64,000 nt of DNA from a virus: the IMG/VR virus record IMGVR_UViG_3300021602_000003, positions 102,257 to 166,256 of that record; one strand, written 5' to 3'. The notes under the pieces were generated by a model. That model did not search any database, was not told where the DNA came from, and worked only from the letters and a program-made list of their open reading frames with translations. The position numbers and the translations under genes are program-made. This document shows positions 6,748-16,861 of this stretch, one piece after another (the first letter of the stretch is position 1; every line of letters starts with the position of its first letter).

Positions 6748-9594
6748 ATGGATCAACGAAACGAATTTTCAAAATGGATATCGGCTGTAGAGGAAGCATT
6801 AGCTGACGAAGGTAAGCCACTTGCAGAAGATAAACCTGCTTTAGATGAATGCGGTTGCGGAGAATGGTCCTGTAAGACATGTTTTCCAGATGACACCGAA
6901 GAAAAACCCAAGGCAACACAGGCACTAGGTGCAGGTAAGGGCGTTAAGATTGGAAATATTGTAACAAAAACAGAATTCGAACCAACTGGTGGGGAAGATT
7001 CCCCAATGACACACGCTGAAGATAATTTGGATGAAAATCCACTTAATTTTGATGATGAAGATGATTTCGAAGAGTATGACGATAGAGAATATCAAGATGA
7101 CGACGATCGTTCAATGTTTGCAGATCCGGGTGGCAATAGCGCATTAAGAGCAGCAACAGATGATAACCCACGTATATATCCTTGCCCATCCTGCGGAGCA
7201 GAAGATGCCCTAACATTGCAAGACAAGCGTCGTGGTTATCAATGTGACCGTTGTGCCGATGCAGCCGAGGGTGGTTATGATATTGATGAACAGCCACAAA
7301 ATACATTAGATGTAGAGCAACCACTTTTTGGTGAAGAGCAAAGTCAATTAGGCGCAAGATCCGGCAATCATAATTATTATGCCGATTTTACAAATATGAT
7401 GTTTAATACAGATCAAGATGATGCAATGGATTTGAAAAAATCAATCGAATATATGCAATCCATGGGATTGAGTAATTCCGATAAAGCATATAATGAAGAC
7501 GAATTAAATAGAATGACTCCGGAGCAATTAGAGAAGCACCATTCCGAAGTTATGGGTAATACAACAGGCGGCTCTCCAGACATGGACGAAGCAACGGGCC
7601 CGATGCCTTCGCCAAAGCCCAATAAGCCTAAGACAGATACTAAACAAGAAGATGATCCATTTTGGAATGACATGAACGATTTGTTTAATCCTAAGCCCGA
7701 TCAACCATTAGCTAATATACCCGACGAGCAAGGAAATGAACCTGTAGGTAATGAACCGACAGCATCACTCCCTGTTGCATCTAGACAATCCACACAAGAT
7801 AGATTAAGTAATATGAATCCGTCCGACGGCATGAGACGTTCGATGGACCTTATTAATCGTGCTGCAATAACACCGGATACAGAAGAGCCTGTTATTCCGC
7901 AAAATGAATTAGTTGTTAGAACAGCAAGAGATGTTCCCGCAGTGGTTAGTACAGCAATGCGCGCCGCAGGTGTCCAATCACCCGAATGGCATCATGTACG
8001 AGACTTACCGGGGATGAGTGATGCTCATATAAGAGGCATGGGTAAAGATATATTTGGTATGTTTACATCCACCCCTGTTGGACAAATACAAACAATTGCC
8101 AACGTAGAAGGACAAGGTCCAAATACAGATGCAGAACTAAGAGCAGTCGCCGGATGGTTACGAGACAATGCAGACGATTTAGGTCGAGTAGAAGTAAGTC
8201 ACGGTATAGTAGTGCCCGGATATGAAGTTGATGTAAAAGAATATAAAGCAAATGGTATTAGATTCCATGTGGTAAGAGATGATCACGGACAATACATATA
8301 TGCTTACCCCGATAATACAGCAAGAATACAAGGACCAGCAGCCAGAGACCCAGGCACAAGATTAGGTGGCGGAAATACGCCAAGATTACGTGAATCTAAC
8401 AAAGGAAAAGACATGTCGTTATCACTATTTGAAGAATTAGAATTAGATCAGGCAATTAAGTCTGCGTTGAAACAGCTAATAATTACAGAATCTGAAGAGA
8501 TCGAGGAAAGTACACTAAGCAAGGAGATTGCGTGGAAACCGGGATCTCCAGGAAAGCAAGAAAAGAACCAGGGCGGTTGGAATTTATTGCAATTATTACA
8601 TAGAAATCATAAATTAAGTAATGAAGCAGATATGGAACCATTGCCATTTAATAGAGACGTTCTATACGGTTATTTCAAGAATCATCCGGATCACTTTATT
8701 ATTGTTAAAGGTACACACGGAGTAGCAGCTATTCGTCCGTCCGAAGAATATTTTGCACATGAAAGAAATAAACCGTCGACAAGAAAACGTCCTAATCCAA
8801 AAGGATTTGCATCGGATCCAAATCAGGATTTGAATGCACCATATCTACAATATCAAGTTATTGCTTTCCAAAATGACGGTAAGCAATTAGATTCATCTTT
8901 ATTCAAGGATGTTGAAGCAAAAGATAAAGAAGACGACGATGAGGATAAGTTTACAACGACGGATCCTACAGTGCAAAGACTTAGAATGGGATTATTTCAT
9001 GGTAAAGATACCCAGTCACAGTATAATGTATTTAAATTATTGTCTGATGAAATCGGTAGATTAACAACCATGTATATGAGTGGATTCCATGCGCTCAGAA
9101 AAGGCCAGTTAGGTGACCAGAAGGGTGCAGAAGCAGAAATACAGCCACATAAGGGATCGGTTGAGAGAGAAAAGATAAAAGCCAGATCGGATCTTAAGAA
9201 TCCTGCACCAGCATTAAGTGTATCGGAAGCTAAGACAAGAATATTTGATAGAATTCGGCCTATCCTGCAGCCAATAATTTCTAAAGCATATAGTAAAGTA
9301 TCTTTAGCATTGCAAGATGCTGTACGTGATGATCACCAGGGCGATTTAGAAAGACTGACATCTGTACGTAAAGCGATAAATGAAATTAAGGTCGCAGTTG
9401 ATACAAAGGGTCCGGTTGCTCTATCAGGTACATTGAATAATATCCTGACAAAGGCAATTGAGAAGGCAACAGGCGCTAATTCCTATGATAAGAATTATCA
9501 AACAGCCGTATCGAATTTAGCAAAAGGTCCAGCAATGAAATTAGAACCGCTTATTCAATCTCTAAGAAAGATATTAATCGGGGCTATAAGATGA
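6748..9594 (+). CDS. large acidic multi-domain protein, candidate internal head protein
   Basis: TGATAAATA upstream; two Cys clusters (CGCGEWSCKTC; CPSC...CDRC); repeated hydrophobic-x-E sites in acidic linkers. Confidence 0.7.
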   Translation: MDQRNEFSKWISAVEEALADEGKPLAEDKPALDECGCGEWSCKTCFPDDTEEKPKATQALGAGKGVKIGNIVTKTEFEPTGGEDSPMTHAEDNLDENPLNFDDEDDFEEYDDREYQDDDDRSMFADPGGNSALRAATDDNPRIYPCPSCGAEDALTLQDKRRGYQCDRCADAAEGGYDIDEQPQNTLDVEQPLFGEEQSQLGARSGNHNYYADFTNMMFNTDQDDAMDLKKSIEYMQSMGLSNSDKAYNEDELNRMTPEQLEKHHSEVMGNTTGGSPDMDEATGPMPSPKPNKPKTDTKQEDDPFWNDMNDLFNPKPDQPLANIPDEQGNEPVGNEPTASLPVASRQSTQDRLSNMNPSDGMRRSMDLINRAAITPDTEEPVIPQNELVVRTARDVPAVVSTAMRAAGVQSPEWHHVRDLPGMSDAHIRGMGKDIFGMFTSTPVGQIQTIANVEGQGPNTDAELRAVAGWLRDNADDLGRVEVSHGIVVPGYEVDVKEYKANGIRFHVVRDDHGQYIYAYPDNTARIQGPAARDPGTRLGGGNTPRLRESNKGKDMSLSLFEELELDQAIKSALKQLIITESEEIEESTLSKEIAWKPGSPGKQEKNQGGWNLLQLLHRNHKLSNEADMEPLPFNRDVLYGYFKNHPDHFIIVKGTHGVAAIRPSEEYFAHERNKPSTRKRPNPKGFASDPNQDLNAPYLQYQVIAFQNDGKQLDSSLFKDVEAKDKEDDDEDKFTTTDPTVQRLRMGLFHGKDTQSQYNVFKLLSDEIGRLTTMYMSGFHALRKGQLGDQKGAEAEIQPHKGSVEREKIKARSDLKNPAPALSVSEAKTRIFDRIRPILQPIISKAYSKVSLALQDAVRDDHQGDLERLTSVRKAINEIKVAVDTKGPVALSGTLNNILTKAIEKATGANSYDKNYQTAVSNLAKGPAMKLEPLIQSLRKILIGAIR

Positions 9595-11369
9595 CATTTG
9601 CAAATTATTTGCCAGAAGCATTTCTATTAGAGGACGTTGCACTGACTAAAGGTAGTCAGCGTGTTATGAGCGATAAGACTTTAGTAAGCGGCCTGGCAGC
9701 AAGAGTGAGAAGAGATGCGGATTTTAATCCGTCTGTCTTTCCACCTAATGCAGATAGGAAATTTGAAAAGGCATCCGACGAAGATGTTGCAAAGTGGTTT
9801 CTTGAAAATATCGATAAGATAGAAAAAGAAGGGTATGAAGGTACTATATATTCTAGAGACGGAATGTATAGCGACTGGATTGTTAGACGATATATTGCAG
9901 GTAGTCACAACTGGGAAGATTTGAAGGGTGTGATGAATATGAATCTTAGGGATTGGACAATTCTTAAGAATCGTAACGAATTAGACCCCGCTCACAAAGA
10001 AGTTTCCAAATTTAAGAGTGTGCGCGAAATCGGTGCATACATGGTTCATCACTATCAAGATAAGTTAGAGGATGTTCGCAATGCTGCAAAATTTGCCGCC
10101 AGGGATAAAATGGCTCGGGCTATTCCGCTTATTAATAATGCAGATTATAAAATTACAGTTGCTTTAAACAGAGCAGCAGCATGTAAATTAGGATCCGGAA
10201 CACAGTGGTGTACTGCAAATTCTACATATGGAGATATGTTTAAGAGATATGCTGGTGAGGCAATGTTATATCAGATGTATCCTGCTGTGCCGGAAACAAT
10301 CAGTAAGAAAAGTAGTATGACAGGTAAAGAAATAACAGGTAAAGAAAAATATCAGTTTGGTCCGGATTCAGGATTATCTTTTAAAGATATAGCAGACGAA
10401 AATGTTAAGCCTGAGGATATAAGAACAAAATTTCCTTACTTGTATACAGATCTTGTTGCTGCATTAAAACAGAATAAGGCCAAAATTGTAGAATTAGAAA
10501 AGACATTTTCAGAAGACCCCGCATTGCAAGATCCCGATATGAGTAAGATTAGGACATATAATGTAGATGAAGAAATTACAAAATTAAAGAAGTTTATAAC
10601 TGCCGGATATATGACAGACGAAGTTCGTCCTAAAGAGCACGTAGAGAAGGATGATGCCGGGCAAGAACAACCGCAACTATCACCGCCGGTTGAGACGCTG
10701 CCACAAGCTGCACCTATGGAAAGTATCACAGAATTTGCTCGAAGAATGTTAGAAGGTAAAACTAATAAAGACGAGTTAGACGAAGAAGATTTAGAAGACA
10801 CAGATTCAGATTTAGGATCAATGGGCGCCGGCGCTGGCCCAACGGGAGGCGGAAAATTTCCGCCAGGTACAGCACCAACAATGCCGGAATCATTTAATAA
10901 TAAAGGAACAGAGATCATGGAAAATGTAGATAAAGATGTAGCAGCAATGCTTAAGAATTTAAAGAAATATGACAGGTTGGTAGAATCGTGTGCACCAGTG
11001 TTAATGGCTCGTCCAAAACCATATATAGCAGAGAAGGAAGAGGTTGAGGAAGAAGATATCGAAGAAGGGTGGGACGAAGATCAGGCTAAGAAAGAAAAGC
11101 TTAAGGCTCCTCCAGAAGAAGTAAATCTCGAAGAAGGCAAGCCGTGGGAAGCAGACAAGGAAGAAGATAAGAAAGAAGCCAAGACAGGCGATAAGACTAA
11201 GACACATAAGGGTGGCGAAGTTACTAAGACAAAAGATGGCCTGACCCATAAAGGAACTTATGGTTCTGATAAGGCTAAGGACAAAGTCGACGAAGGCGCT
11301 GATCCAGAGGTGCTAGAATGGATGAGTCGTTTCTCTAAACTCGGTAACATGAAAGGCTACGGTCGTTAA
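9591..11369 (+). CDS. large protein with GTQWCTA domain and acidic tail, candidate internal head protein
   Basis: AACKLGSGTQWCTA..F..Y motif; many L/I/M/V-x-E sites. Confidence 0.7.
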   Translation: MTFANYLPEAFLLEDVALTKGSQRVMSDKTLVSGLAARVRRDADFNPSVFPPNADRKFEKASDEDVAKWFLENIDKIEKEGYEGTIYSRDGMYSDWIVRRYIAGSHNWEDLKGVMNMNLRDWTILKNRNELDPAHKEVSKFKSVREIGAYMVHHYQDKLEDVRNAAKFAARDKMARAIPLINNADYKITVALNRAAACKLGSGTQWCTANSTYGDMFKRYAGEAMLYQMYPAVPETISKKSSMTGKEITGKEKYQFGPDSGLSFKDIADENVKPEDIRTKFPYLYTDLVAALKQNKAKIVELEKTFSEDPALQDPDMSKIRTYNVDEEITKLKKFITAGYMTDEVRPKEHVEKDDAGQEQPQLSPPVETLPQAAPMESITEFARRMLEGKTNKDELDEEDLEDTDSDLGSMGAGAGPTGGGKFPPGTAPTMPESFNNKGTEIMENVDKDVAAMLKNLKKYDRLVESCAPVLMARPKPYIAEKEEVEEEDIEEGWDEDQAKKEKLKAPPEEVNLEEGKPWEADKEEDKKEAKTGDKTKTHKGGEVTKTKDGLTHKGTYGSDKAKDKVDEGADPEVLEWMSRFSKLGNMKGYGR

Positions 11370-11370
11370 T

Positions 11371-11634
11371 ATGAACTTAGATGAATTCTCGAGCGGTAAG
11401 AAAAAACCGATACCAGAAGCAACGGGCGATGCCAAGTTTGACAGTATGCTTGGAAAAATTGCCGGCAATACGGAACCGCAAGGATTCGATAGTGCCAGAG
11501 CAGAAAGAGTTAAGGCTGGATCGGAAAATCCTACAGCCGAAACAATTGATGCGTTAAATGAAATGATGTTCAATATGCATAAATCTATGCAGACTGCTAA
11601 CGCACTATTACAAAAATTGACTCAAGGTAAATAA
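11371..11634 (+). CDS. hypothetical (candidate head protein)
   Basis: Directly follows the previous gene; MNLDEF...IPEA. Confidence 0.65.
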   Translation: MNLDEFSSGKKKPIPEATGDAKFDSMLGKIAGNTEPQGFDSARAERVKAGSENPTAETIDALNEMMFNMHKSMQTANALLQKLTQGK

Positions 11635-11644
11635 TATCTCCCCT

Positions 11645-11670
11645 TAATGGCACTTCTGTGCCATTATTCT
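11645..11670 (+). terminator. probable terminator hairpin
   Basis: TAATGGCAC-TTCT-GTGCCATTA then TTCTT. Confidence 0.5.
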
Positions 11671-11681
11671 TGGGTGAGTTA

Positions 11682-11710
11682 TTGACTTTCGAGTAAGTAA
11701 GTATTATACT
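11682..11710 (+). promoter_or_regulatory. sigma70-type promoter
   Basis: TTGACT-17nt-TATACT. Confidence 0.75.
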
Positions 11711-11732
11711 TATGTTTACTGGAGAGAACTGA

Positions 11733-12509
11733 ATGTCGCAAAAAGAAGATTTTTTACAATCCTGCCTAATCGTAGATACTGAAACCACGAGTAATAATTT
11801 CAATACAGCACAGATTATTGAGCTAGGATTTGTTATTAGGGAAGATGATAGTTGGACTATTTTCCAAGACTTACATAAGCCCGTTACCGGAATTATACCG
11901 CCAAAGATTGAATCCATCTGTTATATAACTAACAAGATGGTTGAAGATAAAACTACATTTGCAGAATCTTCCGAAGTATTCCAGTCAGTAGTAGACGGAT
12001 ATGTAAATGGGTATATGGTTGCACATAATCATTTATATGATATGCGTGTTTTAAACAAACACGGTATTGATACATCTAAACATAATTGGCTATGCACCTT
12101 TAAATTATCTAAAAAGATATTTAATGAGATGCCAGAGATTGAAGAAATGAATCTACCCTACTTAAGATTTGCACTCGAGTTAGATGTGCCCATCGAAATG
12201 CATTGCCATCGTGCAGGCAATGATTGTTTTATGACAGGCAGATTGTTAGAAGCACTTGTCGATTTTATGGAATCTATGAACGTATTAGATTTAGATAAAC
12301 CTTACGGTCCACAGATTCTTAAATGGATGGCCGAACCAACACTTTATAAATTTATGCCTTTTGGAAAACATAAAGGCGTACCAATGAACGAAATTCCTTC
12401 CAGCTACTGGAAGTGGGCGATAGAAAAAACAGACTGGTTCGACGATACGGCAGATAACTATGATGCAGACCTTGCAGCAAGTATTAATGCTGTATTAGAA
12501 AGAGAATAA
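11733..12509 (+). CDS. DEDDh 3'-5' exonuclease (ExoX-like)
   Basis: VDTETT, VAHNHLYD, HRAGNDC; C-terminal MPFGKHKG. Confidence 0.9.
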   Translation: MSQKEDFLQSCLIVDTETTSNNFNTAQIIELGFVIREDDSWTIFQDLHKPVTGIIPPKIESICYITNKMVEDKTTFAESSEVFQSVVDGYVNGYMVAHNHLYDMRVLNKHGIDTSKHNWLCTFKLSKKIFNEMPEIEEMNLPYLRFALELDVPIEMHCHRAGNDCFMTGRLLEALVDFMESMNVLDLDKPYGPQILKWMAEPTLYKFMPFGKHKGVPMNEIPSSYWKWAIEKTDWFDDTADNYDADLAASINAVLERE

Positions 12510-12570
12510 GACTTACAATTTAGTCGGTGTATAAGACACTAAAAATTGAAACACATAATAAGGAAATTGT

Positions 12571-12756
12571 ATGACAACATTGGATCAAATTAGAGAGGCT
12601 ATGGTAGCCTTGGAAAAAGAAGATGCTAAATTTGTGGGTGGAAATGCTTCTGCAGGAACTCGCGCACGTAAGGCATTGGGCGATCTGGCTAAGTTAGCTA
12701 AGACACGCCGCGCTGAAATTACAGACGAAAAGAACGCTCGTAAAGAAGCTAAGTAA
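12571..12756 (+). CDS. histone H1-like (Hc1-type) small basic protein
   Basis: KF..GNASAGTRARKAL..LAK.AK..R.EI. Confidence 0.7.
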   Translation: MTTLDQIREAMVALEKEDAKFVGGNASAGTRARKALGDLAKLAKTRRAEITDEKNARKEAK

Positions 12757-12757
12757 T

Positions 12758-13147
12758 TTATTGCCCGTTATTGTTACGGGCAGCATCCATCGTTTGTGCT
12801 GTAAGCATCTTAGATGGATTAGGTTCATATCTTTGAACCTTATGATTATAAGGCAAACCTGCAGCAGCAAGAGCATATTGCAATCCGCGGTAACCCGGGG
12901 ATTGTAGTTTGCTTTCTTTAGGCACGTTTGTATATTCGGGCTGTGATTTAGTTACAGGTTTCATGAATACAGGAACAACACCTTCGCTGAACCATTCTTT
13001 GAAGTACTCGTCGTAATATTTGGCATTCTTTTTCTGATATTTGACTACTTCGGGATTGTAGAATTTTTCGTAATCTTTACCAGCTTCTTTATAAAAACGG
13101 GCAACAACATCGGTAGGTGATTCTAAGAGTAAGTCTTTAAATTTCAT
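12758..13147 (-). CDS. hypothetical, candidate head-targeted protein
   Basis: Starts MKFKDLLLES, 5 nt after TGATAAATA on the - strand. Confidence 0.7.
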   Translation of the reverse strand: MKFKDLLLESPTDVVARFYKEAGKDYEKFYNPEVVKYQKKNAKYYDEYFKEWFSEGVVPVFMKPVTKSQPEYTNVPKESKLQSPGYRGLQYALAAAGLPYNHKVQRYEPNPSKMLTAQTMDAARNNNGQ

Positions 13148-13167
13148 ATTACTATTTATCAAATAAG

Positions 13168-13386
13168 ATGACACTATACGATGTGCCCATCAATTATACA
13201 GGGATAGTAGACCAACTTGTAGAAACTGGCTACCATCATATCATTCATCGTCTTGGCGAGTTAGGATTCATTACAGGCGAGCCCGTAATGGTTGTCGCTC
13301 GAAATAAAGGCGCTATAGCAGTTCGCATAGGAGATTCTATGTTTGCATTGAATAAAATAGAAGCAAGTTGCATTCGAGTATCTTGA
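13168..13386 (+). CDS. feoA: FeoA domain protein
   Basis: RLGELGFITGE.V.V.....G.IAVRIGDS.FAL...EA..I.V. Confidence 0.8.
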   Translation: MTLYDVPINYTGIVDQLVETGYHHIIHRLGELGFITGEPVMVVARNKGAIAVRIGDSMFALNKIEASCIRVS

Positions 13387-13411
13387 CTTATATAGTTAAG
13401 TTTTATATACT
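13383..13411 (+). promoter_or_regulatory. sigma70-type promoter for clpP-iscA
   Basis: TTGACT-17nt-TATACT. Confidence 0.75.
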
Positions 13412-13451
13412 ACTATACAGATTTATCTAATTACATAAAGGAAAACAAATT

Positions 13452-14042
13452 ATGGCACATTTTTGGCCGACAGTCGTTGAAACATCATCTAAGGGTGAAA
13501 GAGCATATGATCTAGCAAGCAGATTAATGCGAGAACGAGTTATTTTCCTTAACGGAGAAGTGACAGATCAAATGTCTGAGATAGCAGTAGCGCAATTGTT
13601 ATTCTTGGAGGCAGAAAACCCGGAGCAAGATATTCATGTATATATCAATAGCCCCGGAGGAAGTGTTACAGCAGGTTTAGCAATTACGGACCTATTTGAA
13701 TATGTAAAACCTGATATTTGTACCTATGTGACAGGTCAGGCAGCAAGCATGGGTTCTTTGTTTCTTGCAGCCGGCGCCAAAGGTAAACGATACTCATTAC
13801 CTAATGCTACTATTATGATTCATCAAGTATTATCGGGATATAGTGGTCAAGCTTCAGATATCGAACTTCATACAAACGAAACACTGTATCTAAAGCGCAA
13901 ACTCAACAAGATGTTATCAGATTTTACTTACGGTAAAACGGATTATGATACAATGGTTACGTTGACAGATCGAGATAATTTCTTAAGGCCGGAGAAGGCA
14001 TTAGAAATCGGTCTTATCGATCATATTATTTCCAAAAGGTAA
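13452..14042 (+). CDS. clpP: Clp protease proteolytic subunit
   Basis: [19 protein letters not shown] (Ser), IMIHQ (His), RDNF (Asp). Confidence 0.96.
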   Translation: MAHFWPTVVETSSKGERAYDLASRLMRERVIFLNGEVTDQMSEIAVAQLLFLEAENPEQDIHVYINSPGGSVTAGLAITDLFEYVKPDICTYVTGQAASMGSLFLAAGAKGKRYSLPNATIMIHQVLSGYSGQASDIELHTNETLYLKRKLNKMLSDFTYGKTDYDTMVTLTDRDNFLRPEKALEIGLIDHIISKR

Positions 14043-14050
14043 ATATAGTA

Positions 14051-14368
14051 ATGAAAATTACAGACGCAGCAAGATTAAAAATGATTGATGTTTTACGTGG
14101 CGAAACTACACCACTATTACGATTCGGACTTCAGGGTGGAGGATGTGCTGGCATGAACTACTATTTTGCGGTAGAAACCACTAAAGAAGAAGATGACCTC
14201 GAATATATCTTGCAGGATGAATATAAACTTTTGGTAGACGCAGCCAGCAGCATGTATTTAGAAGAAGCAGAGATAGATTACAAAAAGGACCTTATGGGAG
14301 AATCCTTCGTGTTCAACAACCCCACGGTAAAATCCAGTTGTGGATGTGGTCAAAGTGTCTTATTTTGA
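14051..14368 (+). CDS. iscA: A-type Fe-S carrier (IscA/ErpA/HesB)
   Basis: GGGCAGMNY, FVFNNP, SCGCGQS. Confidence 0.9.
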   Translation: MKITDAARLKMIDVLRGETTPLLRFGLQGGGCAGMNYYFAVETTKEEDDLEYILQDEYKLLVDAASSMYLEEAEIDYKKDLMGESFVFNNPTVKSSCGCGQSVLF

Positions 14369-14371
14369 TAG

Positions 14372-14635
14372 GGATCAAAAAATCTAAATAATTCAGGTTG
14401 GATTAGACAGCATATTTTTGTAATACAAGAAGAATTAGGACATATTATACCTGATGGTTATGTAGTTCATCATATAGATGGTGATAAAAGAAACAATAAG
14501 CGGGAAAATTTAGCTCTTCTTACAGTACAAGAACACAATAATGCACATGCTAAATCAGAATTATTAATTTTTGAATTAGTAAAGAAGGGTATTATTAAAT
14601 TTGATACCTTGACAAAACTATATGATTTCCTATAA
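14372..14635 (+). pseudogene. 5'-truncated HNH endonuclease remnant
   Basis: Open frame without start codon after the iscA TGA-TAG: WIRQHIFV...VVHHIDGDKRNNKRENLALLT..EHNNAH. Confidence 0.7.
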
Positions 14636-14658
14636 ATACGTTATTATAAAGGTAACGT

Positions 14659-15381
14659 ATGGCACCATCTAAGGCATTATTGAGTGTAGAGGTATTGAGG
14701 GCAATTTACGAATATGGGTTGGGGTGGTTATTAAATGTACCCCTCCAATTTATTTCGCCCAAAGGTGATAATCACCCTGTAATAATTATACCCGGTCTTG
14801 GCACATCAGATGGTTCGACACACTTTATCAGACATTTTTTAACAAGTTTAGGTTACGACACTCATCCTTGGGGACTAGGTAGAAATCTGGGACCTAAGGA
14901 TGGTATGGATGTACTTCTAGACAAACTAGTTGAAAGAACCGAGTATGTATCAAAGGCATCCGATGGGCAACAAGTCAGTATAATAGGATGGAGTTTGGGT
15001 GGTATATACGCACGAGAGATAGCGAAAGTAATTCCCGATACAGTAAGACAAGTGATCACGCTAGGGACACCGTTCAAAGGTACCGACAGTACAAATGCTA
15101 CCTTGCTATATGAATTGCTGAGCAAAGACACGAGCCACAAAGATCCCGATATATTAAGGAAAATAGCAGAACCGCCACCTGTGCCGTTTACCTCTATATA
15201 TAGCAGAACAGACGGTGTAGTTCATTGGGAATCTTCTATCGAAATATCCGGCGCACAGTACGAAAATATCGAAGTGCCCGGTGCATGCCATCTAGGATTA
15301 GGTCATAATCCCATATCTATGTTTATTATTGCAAATAGATTATCACAGACAAAAGATAACTGGGCGCCATATAAAATCTAG
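14659..15381 (+). CDS. alpha/beta hydrolase (lipase/esterase-like)
   Basis: IPGLG, nucleophile elbow GWSLGG, SRTDGVV, HLGLG. Confidence 0.88.
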   Translation: MAPSKALLSVEVLRAIYEYGLGWLLNVPLQFISPKGDNHPVIIIPGLGTSDGSTHFIRHFLTSLGYDTHPWGLGRNLGPKDGMDVLLDKLVERTEYVSKASDGQQVSIIGWSLGGIYAREIAKVIPDTVRQVITLGTPFKGTDSTNATLLYELLSKDTSHKDPDILRKIAEPPPVPFTSIYSRTDGVVHWESSIEISGAQYENIEVPGACHLGLGHNPISMFIIANRLSQTKDNWAPYKI

Positions 15382-15396
15382 TCCTGTGTCATTAGA

Positions 15397-15425
15397 TTGA
15401 CAAAACTTACAACTGTTGCTATAAT
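15397..15425 (+). promoter_or_regulatory. consensus sigma70 promoter
   Basis: TTGACA-17nt-TATAAT. Confidence 0.85.
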
Positions 15426-15449
15426 ACTACATTAACTAGATAGGATAGC

Positions 15450-15680
15450 ATGGAAAAAGATATGTATGTACCCATGAATGAGATGAACCTACATAAAGAT
15501 ATTGTTTGGACTTGTACACATCTGAATATTCCTTATTATGAAATTGCCAGAAGAGGCATTGTTATGTGGTGCGTTGATAATTTAGAAGCACACTGGACTA
15601 TGTTGGGTGGTAATAAATTTGGATTTGAAGATAGTACAGATGCATTAATGTTTAAGATACAATTCGGTTTAGGAAGTTAA
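15450..15680 (+). CDS. hypothetical protein
   Basis: RBS and promoter; WC..N....W.......F.FE...DA.MF pattern. Confidence 0.7.
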   Translation: MEKDMYVPMNEMNLHKDIVWTCTHLNIPYYEIARRGIVMWCVDNLEAHWTMLGGNKFGFEDSTDALMFKIQFGLGS

Positions 15681-15686
15681 TTCATA

Positions 15687-16853
15687 ATGATAAATGTTGC
15701 AAAGACTATTTATTTCGGATGTGATCCGACAAGTCAGTCACACGAGCTACCAGAAGCAGAAGTAATTCCGTACGGCGATTCTAACGCTGAAAGAAAGAAA
15801 CTCGAAGTAATCAGTAATCGATATTCAGATATCAAAGAATATGAAAATATACCTCTGCCGGGTTTTACACTACATAAAACTAAAAATAAGAATTATTCGA
15901 CTAGTACAAAATGGTTAGTTATTGATCCACGTGGAATATTAGTTAGCATAACTACTCAGAACCTAGAAGAGATATTACATGTAACAGGTATCATCGAAGG
16001 ACTAATACAGCAAAAGTGTGTATGGGCAAGAGAAGATTCTGATACAAAGATGAAATTGGTACCTATAAATTCCGATACATATCTTGAAGCAATTAAAAAT
16101 ACAGAACTACTAGATAGTAAAGTAAATATACAAGACGTATCTATCGGCGATACTGTTCTTTTACAGAATGGTTTACAAGGCAGATATATGGGTGTAGCAT
16201 CGTTATATGGCACACTGAATAATTACACAACACCTGCCGACTATAAAACACAAACATATTTACGTAGGCAGATCCTAGAAGTAGGGCCGGATAAATTTTA
16301 TTATAATGCAGATCTGAAAATACTGAAAATTATTGAAAAAGATACGACAGGAATGACAAGAGCTCAAGCTATAAAACAATTGAACGAATCTATTCAAAGA
16401 AAGAATTCGTATTTTGGTAGCTCATATCAAATGACACTGAATCATGCACATTATTTTTCTGGAGACGGCTTAATTAAATATGTATCTGATATTTCTGTGC
16501 CTAAGGTAGATATAACTCTAGAAGAAATAGATATCGTTGAAGCAGCAGAATTGTTTGCTAGTGCAAGAACATGCGAAGATATAGGTGTGCTAATATTGGA
16601 GAAAACAAATAAAACTAGATATATAATAGATCTGCCATATATCTGGGGATCTGCTGTTCTTCCTTCGGGAAAATTTAAAATATGTAATATAGTAGCTAAT
16701 AAAAATGCAGAAGATATTCATAAGATTACATTAGGGAAGCCTAGACGATCTATATTTGCATCCGCCAAACAAACAAATGATGAATACAGTTTGGCAGATT
16801 TCAAGAAGTTCTATAAAATGATTAAGTACGTAAGAAAAGAAACATACATTTAA
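15687..16853 (+). CDS. hypothetical protein
   Basis: 388-aa ORF (ENIPLPGF, W.VIDPRG, CVWAR). Confidence 0.75.
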   Translation: MINVAKTIYFGCDPTSQSHELPEAEVIPYGDSNAERKKLEVISNRYSDIKEYENIPLPGFTLHKTKNKNYSTSTKWLVIDPRGILVSITTQNLEEILHVTGIIEGLIQQKCVWAREDSDTKMKLVPINSDTYLEAIKNTELLDSKVNIQDVSIGDTVLLQNGLQGRYMGVASLYGTLNNYTTPADYKTQTYLRRQILEVGPDKFYYNADLKILKIIEKDTTGMTRAQAIKQLNESIQRKNSYFGSSYQMTLNHAHYFSGDGLIKYVSDISVPKVDITLEEIDIVEAAELFASARTCEDIGVLILEKTNKTRYIIDLPYIWGSAVLPSGKFKICNIVANKNAEDIHKITLGKPRRSIFASAKQTNDEYSLADFKKFYKMIKYVRKETYI

Positions 16854-16861
16854 GGAAAATA

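Noticed and set aside
2474-14368. Bacterial chromosome origin suggested by clp, isc, rpsU and infA genes
   Set aside because: The genes are out of bacterial operon order and mixed with T4-like replication genes, late-promoter motifs and homing endonucleases.
14366-14371. IscA-HNH read-through fusion
   Set aside because: There are two consecutive different stop codons, and IscA ends at its normal C-terminus.
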